A stretch of 64,000 nt of DNA from a virus: the IMG/VR virus record IMGVR_UViG_3300038426_000075, positions 1 through 64,000 of that record; one strand, given 5' to 3'. Shown one piece after another: positions 57,168 to 64,000 of the stretch (the first letter of the stretch is position 1; the number at the start of each line of letters is the position of its first letter). Both the position numbers and the translations under genes were made by a program. A model generated the notes under the pieces. The model saw nothing but the letters and a program-made list of their open reading frames with translations. It made no database searches and was not told where the DNA came from.

Positions 57168-58975
57168 TATTGCCCCTCGAATGCGGAAAGAGGTCTACGC
57201 GTAGGCTCCCCTTCACCAGGGGCCAAAGCCCCAGGAACCAAACCAGCCCCACCGACAGCCGGCGGAGGTGCTTGATCAATTGCCATTGCTTGGTCATCCG
57301 TCATAATGAAGTCCGGGTCATGAAACCCGAACGCATTAACTTCGTGTTTCAGAAGCTTATACGGTTTAAAATACTTACCGAACGTAGAGCTTTCTGCCTG
57401 CTTAAGGAAGGCTTGATACATTTGAATAAGCTGACTATTCTTGATTGCCGCAGATATCCCCATGATCTTAATATCGCAATTGGCCCTCAACATCTCCTTG
57501 CGTTGTTCGATGGACATCTGAGCGAACTTTTGAGCATTGGGATTGTTTCGCATAACACGGGAAATACTGGGATCTGAGTATTCGTTCCAGTTCAGGATCA
57601 CTACTTCCAAGGCAGCTCTAATCGTATCGACCGCACCTTCTTCGATATCCTCACCTATTGAATCGAAGACTGTCATAGACTGACCGAGCAATATCTCAGC
57701 CTCTCCCTTTGTTTTCTGGCTTTTAGTTCCACGTTGACCAGCTGCTAATTGAGTAAGCATTGAGGAAGCTTCCCGGCGCTGGTCCCAATGTTGAAGCGTG
57801 GCCAGCGTTTCGTTGCTTGAGGGACTCGTGTAGACCTCCTTGACTACCTGCTGGCCAGGCGGGACATCTGGGTTTATAAATACCGTCTTACCAGGAAACA
57901 TGGCGACATCGGTAGGATCCTCGAGACTCATTCGTTTTATCTCTCGAAGTTTATTGACCCGCCACGAGAGATCGTCAATATGGAGGCTCATCAAGTTGCA
58001 GCTGTTAAGCCACAGAAGAAGAGAGGTCTCGATAACGCCATGTCCCTCAAACGTAAATAAATCTGGAAGGGGAGAAAAAGATATGCCTGGCCATCTCATC
58101 GTAACGAAGGGGTTGGGTTCCGGATTCCGGATCAAAACATCTCCAGCCACGGTAAACCTGGCGTTATCGAGGAGGAGTTCTCCCGACTTATCCAAAATAA
58201 CGCCCCAATGCTCAATCAGTCTCACGGCTTTCCTGAAGGTACTTCTTTGGTAATACTGACCTTTCCTGCGGGCCCGTCTTTCGGCAGTTTCCTGTCCCCA
58301 GTTTGCTTCACTGGCTGTGACCTCATCTAACCTTACGTACCGTGGACCGAGCTTTTTAACCTTCCATAAATCAAGCCACTCCACATGATCCCAGTAATCT
58401 CCCGACTGTGGCTCCCGTGGCGTCGCATCCGGGTCACGATAGATCTGCCATGGAGGGACGAGGGAAAACATCAATCCCTTTCCGGGGACCCATCGTGGAA
58501 TTATCTCATGGGATTGACCGATCGCAAAGCCAAGTTCTGTTCCATCAGAAAACGCAGTATCTAAACGGGCGTGTTGAGGATTGAACCAAAACTCAGAAGC
58601 CTCTCTAAGGAAAGAGGCAATCCATTTTTCATTCTCATCATCTGGATTTACCGCCTCGATTTTATACCAATCTGGCTGGCGAAGTGCTTTTCGGATAATC
58701 GCTACTCCCTGTTTAACCGTGGAGGTCATATCCCCAGTTGTCATCTTGGCCTGCCACTCTTCTTTTTCGGAATAATCAATATCTGCCTTGTAGGCCCTAT
58801 AGCACTGATCCCAGAGATATCTGACTTCTATGTTGGCTTGCTCACTCTCGTTTATGCAGGAATGAGCAAAATCAACATAGGTATCGGGGTCCTCCTCACC
58901 ATAAGCCGCTGCAGCTTCAGCCCTCTCCTCGAGTTCCTGATCGTCTATCCCTTGAAGCCCTTCGTCATTCGCCAT
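57167..58975 (-). CDS. Portal protein
   Basis: 602 aa; VPPWQIYRDPDA, IRNPEPNPF...P, EGHG, KTKGEAEIL; first large gene of head module. Confidence 0.85.
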   Translation of the reverse strand: MANDEGLQGIDDQELEERAEAAAAYGEEDPDTYVDFAHSCINESEQANIEVRYLWDQCYRAYKADIDYSEKEEWQAKMTTGDMTSTVKQGVAIIRKALRQPDWYKIEAVNPDDENEKWIASFLREASEFWFNPQHARLDTAFSDGTELGFAIGQSHEIIPRWVPGKGLMFSLVPPWQIYRDPDATPREPQSGDYWDHVEWLDLWKVKKLGPRYVRLDEVTASEANWGQETAERRARRKGQYYQRSTFRKAVRLIEHWGVILDKSGELLLDNARFTVAGDVLIRNPEPNPFVTMRWPGISFSPLPDLFTFEGHGVIETSLLLWLNSCNLMSLHIDDLSWRVNKLREIKRMSLEDPTDVAMFPGKTVFINPDVPPGQQVVKEVYTSPSSNETLATLQHWDQRREASSMLTQLAAGQRGTKSQKTKGEAEILLGQSMTVFDSIGEDIEEGAVDTIRAALEVVILNWNEYSDPSISRVMRNNPNAQKFAQMSIEQRKEMLRANCDIKIMGISAAIKNSQLIQMYQAFLKQAESSTFGKYFKPYKLLKHEVNAFGFHDPDFIMTDDQAMAIDQAPPPAVGGAGLVPGALAPGEGEPTRRPLSAFEGQ

Positions 58976-59337
58976 GAATTGTCCCTACGCATTTGCGTAT
59001 GTTTAACTCCAAAGAAATTCACAGAGAGCCAACATACTTTGAACCGTTTCTTTTCTTTTTCGCTTTTTGATTTCTGGGGCAAACTGGAAACCTGAGAATC
59101 TTGCTCCAAAAGAAAAATAGACTTCTTTCGTTAGCCAAAGCGGTTTTTCACAACAAAAGCAAAGAGGAATAACCCCGCTCTGTGCCCCTCCCTCAATTTG
59201 ACCATAGGCAGTTCCAATATCGTTTTCTTCTCCACAGTAAGGACAGACCTTAATTAATCCGAGTCTTAATATCTGGTCTTGCCTCTGGTAGCACTGAAGG
59301 CCAATATTCATAGATAAAAACCCTTTACTTGAACCAG

Positions 59338-59385
59338 AAACAAAAAAAGGGCACAATGGTTTTTAAACCACGTGCCCCTTTGTTC
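59338..59385 (-). terminator. Terminator-like stem-loop upstream of portal
   Basis: AAAGGGGCAC...GTGCCCTTTTTTT. Confidence 0.5.
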
Positions 59386-59415
59386 CCGAATACTATGTGA
59401 GAGTTAGGGATGGAC

Positions 59416-61149
59416 TTACGTCCTATGTCTATTTAAGGCTTTTCTTAACCCCCGCTTAACTCCCTCCAAGATGGTTAACGCATTGATGATCTCCTTTTTC
59501 TTTACCGTTACTACTTCCTCATGGATGTCCTCTGCTGGTGAATCACCCACATCATCTGATGGGCCTTTATACTTTGCTTTTACGCATTTGTCAAGCTTTT
59601 TTTTAGTTACGATAGGTTCTGGCATTAAATCTGGCCTCCAATCTCAATAAATCTTACCTCTTTAATCCGATCTGCGAGTGATATCTTTGTGCCTTAACCT
59701 CCTTGCGAAGCGTTTTGCTTCAGGCTTCTCCACGGACTCAAGCATTTGGAAATTCTCAATGCTATTGGGACCAGTCCACCGAGTTCCATAATCGGTACAA
59801 CGGAAAATCTCTTTGCCCTCCTCATTGAGTATGGTTGAGAACTTTCCGTAAACTATTTTCTTACTCATCTTTCCTACCCCTCAACCTTCTCCCTTTGTAA
59901 GTTTTCCGGTCCCTTAACCGTCTCTCCCGCATTAATTTCGTGAATGTTTTGGCCTCGGAGAGGCAACGACCCACATACTTTTCAGTCTCTCTTTGATTAG
60001 ACATTCTGCCTTACTCTAAATTAATCGTTCCTTAAACTTCCCACACCACCAGTCATCCATGGTTCCAGGGAAACAGCCCTGCACAAGCATTTGTACCTGC
60101 ATTTCAACGCCCTTTCCAATAATCAATTGATTTGGGTCTACCTTTGGAACTTGGGTCGGGATCACAACCGCTTGTGGGGATCTTTCTCTACAATCTCCAA
60201 GCTTGTCTTGCTTTCTTACAAAAAATCTACAGTTACCACATTTTACCTGTACCGCTACAGTTGGCTCAGCCATGCTCTTTCCCTCCTGCTTTATTAATTT
60301 TAAGTGTTTTCTCATCCTGGAATTTTTTCCCATCTTTCTTATCCTCCCCCTTAATATAAGCTCCCCAAGGTGGACAGTCGGGATCGATCTTGATCACCAT
60401 ACCAGCAATTTCAAGAACAGCTTCGTGTTTCCTGTTATCAATCTGGTTAACCTCATTTAAAAAAGATTCGTGGGCCGAGGGAGACATGTATATCCACTTG
60501 GGAGTAAGGTCCAAATCTTCCAGCTTTCGTTTCGCTGTTAGGATCGTGTCACGGATTGAGGCTGTCACCTTTACACCTTTGCCTTGAATGACTCAGCCAG
60601 ACTGCGGATCATTGCCGCCCTCAGTTCGAGATTGGTATCAACTGTGTTTTCCTTGGGCTCCGGCCATCCAATCCTGGGGGCGGTTTCATAGATCTCTTCG
60701 AGGGACCGCTGCCTCCTGCATAGACGACCAAATGAAATGCCGAGTCCGAAGCTCATTTCTTCACCCTCCTCAAACTCCCATCCTCGGCCACATAATACTT
60801 CCGGCCGTTGAAATCAGTGTAAATTTCACCCGGGGGCAAGAACTTACATTTATCCCTGAAGTCCAGGGTGCAACCCTTCTCTCGGGGATCGTGGCTATGG
60901 GGATGGAATGGCTTCTCGTCCTTTGGTAGCATGGTCCTCCTCTGATTCCTTTTGGGCGATCCTCAGTATTTCTTCTTCGGCAATTCGCATAAATAGGTGA
61001 AATTTGGATTCGAAGTCATCTGCCGGCACTCTCATTTCAAAGCTATGTTCTATCTTCCCACCAACCTTGGCTTTAACAGAGCAACGTATGTGCTCTGCAG
61101 GAAATTCTTCCGGTCTGACTCTCACAATAATGTCATCAAGAATTCTCAT
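59416..61149 (-). CDS. Run of small hypothetical genes (59416-59625, 59662-59868, 60016-60333, 60266-60568, 60571-60756, 60895-61149)
   Basis: Tightly packed co-oriented ORFs; 60016 has CGNC...C...WWC pattern. Confidence 0.5.
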
Positions 61150-61158
61150 TTCATCTCC

Positions 61159-61476
61159 TTATAGTAAAACGTTCGCCAAGCAGACCAGGATGCTAAGATG
61201 GATCGCCTGATCAAAGCCAATGAGGACAAAGAACCAATGCATCTCTCCTTTTTGCCAGAGGCGTGCAGTTCCCAGGGAGGTAATTCCGTCCACAATGAGA
61301 TGTGTCGCTCCAACGATGATTGCAAAGAGGACCCCACACCACACAAAGCACAAGGCGTAGACCAGCGCATGGAGGCTCAGCCACTTGAGGCTCTTGCTTT
61401 TGTTCAGGGCCATGGCGTGACTCTGAAACAGTAGATCCCCTATGAAATGTGCCCAAATGAGTAAAAGAATAATCAT
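61159..61476 (-). CDS. DUF3307-like membrane protein
   Basis: AHFIGDLLFQ...K...H...THLIVD...DQAIH. Confidence 0.85.
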   Translation of the reverse strand: MIILLLIWAHFIGDLLFQSHAMALNKSKSLKWLSLHALVYALCFVWCGVLFAIIVGATHLIVDGITSLGTARLWQKGEMHWFFVLIGFDQAIHLSILVCLANVLL

Positions 61477-61736
61477 GTTTTGACCCCTGGCTCAAGCTTC
61501 CAGTCCCAAGTATATTCTTTCTTTCCATCTATTTCTCGAAGTGTTATTTCAGGTTTTACAACTGGAACCGACTCTCCGTCTCTCAACTTTGGAAAGTCTG
61601 GGCTACGGACCCAAACCCGGATAGTTGATGGTTTCTCCCAACCAGTTTGTGCTCCAATGATCTTACACCCCTTGGGGAGATGTAGGACCTCTTCAAGCAT
61701 AAGTGTTGATATATCGAACATTACGGTGCGCACCAT
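61473..61736 (-). CDS. Hypothetical protein
   Basis: Coupled ORF. Confidence 0.55.
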   Translation of the reverse strand: MVRTVMFDISTLMLEEVLHLPKGCKIIGAQTGWEKPSTIRVWVRSPDFPKLRDGESVPVVKPEITLREIDGKKEYTWDWKLEPGVKT

Positions 61737-61926
61737 CTAAAAAACCTTCCTTCTGGTATTTATGATATCTTCAAGCGTCCCGATCGGTGGACCGAGCCTT
61801 TCCAATACAAGATGATCGACAAAGTCCCGGAACTTGGGATACCATCTACCGGGATGCAATTGACCTGCAAACTCCTTCTTGAATCGTTTAATAGTTTTAC
61901 GCCTTTGCGTATGACTGTATGACAAA

Positions 61927-62304
61927 CTACTTCTCCAAATATTTTAATGCCCTATCAATTTTATTTCTTTGATTTTCAACATATCCAACAATCCTATTGC
62001 ATTGTGCATGTAAAAGCCCCCTGACTCTTCCAGTTATATGGTCATGATCTATATGAGTCAAACGGTCTGTCGTAAGTTCTTTATTGCAAATAGGACATAA
62101 ATTTTCTTGTACAAGTCTAAGCTTTTCCAGACTTTCTAAGGTCAGCCCGTATCTTTTTTTAAGGATATGTCTTCTCCGTAAAAGACGCCATCGGTCTGGA
62201 TTCTTTTCTCTCCACTTTTTCTCCGCTAAGTACGCTTGAGCTTTATGGTTTTGTTTATACTTACGAGATGCTCTGCGAGCTGATTCCTTGCTCATCCTAG
62301 CCAT
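61927..62304 (-). CDS. Endonuclease VII domain protein
   Basis: RYGLT...Q...CPIC...HIDHDHITGRVRGLL...CN. Confidence 0.9.
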   Translation of the reverse strand: MARMSKESARRASRKYKQNHKAQAYLAEKKWREKNPDRWRLLRRRHILKKRYGLTLESLEKLRLVQENLCPICNKELTTDRLTHIDHDHITGRVRGLLHAQCNRIVGYVENQRNKIDRALKYLEK

Positions 62305-62310
62305 TCCCTC

Positions 62311-62514
62311 TTAATCATGCCCGAATATCCTCCGGTAGTTCTCTTTATACGCCTCAGAGACGGTCTTCCCTGTGCAGGCTGGGCATTTACAGAGGCCGTT
62401 CGGTGGTCCGGCACTGTGGCTACCATCATATTGTGCTCCGCATTTCCGACAAGCGAACGCCTCAGATTCTGGGGTTCGCTTCTTACTACGATAGACCGCA
62501 ACCCAGTCCGACAT
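62311..62514 (-). CDS. Small Zn-binding protein
   Basis: CRKC...CPAC...AYKENYRRIFG. Confidence 0.55.
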   Translation of the reverse strand: MSDWVAVYRSKKRTPESEAFACRKCGAQYDGSHSAGPPNGLCKCPACTGKTVSEAYKENYRRIFGHD

Positions 62515-62941
62515 CTCTTTCTCCTTGAAACTGTTTGAGATTGCTCATCCTTCCATCAACTGTCATGTGGCAATGTCTACAGAGAATTTGAACATTTGAG
62601 GGATCATTATTTGTTGTATCTCCGTCTCGGTGATGCCGGTCTGTTGCTTCCTCCCCGCAGAGTTCACATTTGAATAAATGATATCTAAGCCTTGCCCTCT
62701 GCCTACCCGATTCTTCAACTATATCATCACCCTTCCACATAGGATTCTTCTCTCCCCACTTTGCCACACGAACCTTTTCCTTTGATTCTTCAGTATGGTG
62801 TTTCCCTTTCCAGCCATGGCCCCAAATAAATCTCTTGGGTTGTCCTTTTATCCACCCGGATCTTCTCGATGTTATTATGGCAATGGGGGCTAAACCTCCG
62901 CATCCACATTCACAGAGTTTCTCGGATAGCAATTTGCTCAC
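62486..62941 (-). CDS. HNH endonuclease with NUMOD3-like motif
   Basis: CECGCG, GKHHTEESKEK, HHRDGDTTNNDPSNVQILCRHCH. Confidence 0.88.
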   Translation of the reverse strand: MSKLLSEKLCECGCGGLAPIAIITSRRSGWIKGQPKRFIWGHGWKGKHHTEESKEKVRVAKWGEKNPMWKGDDIVEESGRQRARLRYHLFKCELCGEEATDRHHRDGDTTNNDPSNVQILCRHCHMTVDGRMSNLKQFQGERDVGLGCGLS

Positions 62942-63095
62942 TTTTCATCCCCTTCTGTAATCTTCGGTGCCTCATCCGATACCCATTCCCATATCTTCTT
63001 TGCCTCTTTTATTTCAGACTTTGATACCTGAAATAATTTCTTTATCGTTTGCTCGAAGTTAACTTTTGCTTTTAAACCTTCAATCATTTCTGACT

Positions 63096-63956
63096 TCATG
63101 ATGTTTCATTCCTTTTAACTTTATTCAGTGAATCGAAATACATAAGAAATTTAAACCTATTAACCGGATTATTATTAAGTTTCTTCTGCAATAACCACTG
63201 TGCATAATCACTGCCAGTGACGCCAGCCTTTTCTTCAAGAAGGCTATATTTATTTTTCCAATCTTCAAAATACCCTTTGGTAAAAAACAGAACCTTGTAT
63301 CTTCCGGTAGCTCTCAATTCTTGTAATGATTTACGTTCAAACCTATACTTACGTGGGCCTATAAAGAAATTATCGTAATGCTTCATGGCTTCCCTGGCAA
63401 ATATATCAGCCGCTTGGATACCGATACTCTCTGTTCGGGGAGCAAAACTGATTGTGTGAACCAAGCACGGAGCATATTTCCATTCCCACTCAGGTAAGCT
63501 TGTCATCCATTCATAGAACACGGCGGTGCTTGGATTAGTTCTATTGTTTAAATCAAAAGTGAAGTTTACCTTTTCACGAGGAACGGATTTATAAGCCATT
63601 CTAGCAAAGAGCATCACGACTTCTAAAAAACACAGGTCATAAGGAATAGTATCTAAATTACCAGGGAAATAAGTCCGCCACCCTTGCAAATCAATAGCCT
63701 TTACAAAACCCATCAATTTTGTTGCTATAAGAAGATTTACAAGCTGTCTGTATAGTTTTAGTCTTTCTTTACGGCTGATGCCCTTGTATTCTCCTTGGCC
63801 TGCTTCACAGTCCGCAGCGTGAAAAGGTTTTCCTCCCGTACGCTGATTCCAAAGAACCGCTAACTCATCCCACTCTTCCTGTGTTCCAGCAATGCCGGAA
63901 ACCGCAAAAACACGTTGCTCTTTTTCATCATGGCTTTCGTCTCCGAATACACTCAA
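63096..63956 (-). CDS. DUF3800-like protein (RNase H-like fold)
   Basis: FGDES, FHAAD, GIQAADIFA. Confidence 0.75.
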   Translation of the reverse strand: MSVFGDESHDEKEQRVFAVSGIAGTQEEWDELAVLWNQRTGGKPFHAADCEAGQGEYKGISRKERLKLYRQLVNLLIATKLMGFVKAIDLQGWRTYFPGNLDTIPYDLCFLEVVMLFARMAYKSVPREKVNFTFDLNNRTNPSTAVFYEWMTSLPEWEWKYAPCLVHTISFAPRTESIGIQAADIFAREAMKHYDNFFIGPRKYRFERKSLQELRATGRYKVLFFTKGYFEDWKNKYSLLEEKAGVTGSDYAQWLLQKKLNNNPVNRFKFLMYFDSLNKVKRNETS

Positions 63957-64000
63957 TACGATTATTACCAGCCTCTTCTTTCTGGCTTGTCTTATTTCTT

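Larger units (their letters stand above)
1..64000. mobile_element. Temperate podovirus-like phage genome segment (attP form)
   Basis: Integrase, internal att site, repressor/Cro, recombination genes, portal, scaffold, major capsid and large internal-virion-type proteins; no host housekeeping genes; no tail tube/sheath or tape measure recognised. Confidence 0.93.

Noticed and set aside
1-64000. CRISPR array, DGR/retron, IS transposase
   Set aside because: No spaced identical repeats, reverse transcriptase motif or transposase recognised

Overview
The window is a continuous stretch of a temperate tailed-phage genome. An attP-like site (3' half of tRNA-Gly(CCC), flanked by arm-type repeats) lies internally next to the integrase with phage genes on both sides, so this is the excised or virion arrangement rather than a prophage junction. 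1-16.7 kb (- strand): early module with two DNA methyltransferases, RNase HI, SSB, MBL hydrolase, RecT, SMC-like ATPase, Xis/CII/Cro-like regulators, many HNH endonucleases and two c4-like antisense-RNA elements. 17-20.2 kb (+ strand): lysogeny module. 20.5-59 kb (- strand): podovirus-type morphogenesis module with portal, ATP-grasp enzyme, a block of signal-peptide-bearing fibre-like proteins, tRNA-Met, scaffold, N4-gp56-type capsid, adaptor, tail/fibre proteins and three large putative ejection proteins. 59-64 kb: small accessory genes; no terminase or endolysin is recognisable. Headline observation: the lysogeny module is two tandem [XRE regulator + exported protein] cassettes, and each exported protein carries a close copy of a segment of one of the phage's own putative DNA-ejection proteins (46 aa at 28/46 identity; 11 aa at 9/11 identity). 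This suggests superinfection exclusion by self-mimicry (decoys). The same 46-aa module also heads an ATP-grasp enzyme next to the portal gene. All calls are by eye from sequence motifs; no database searches were run.
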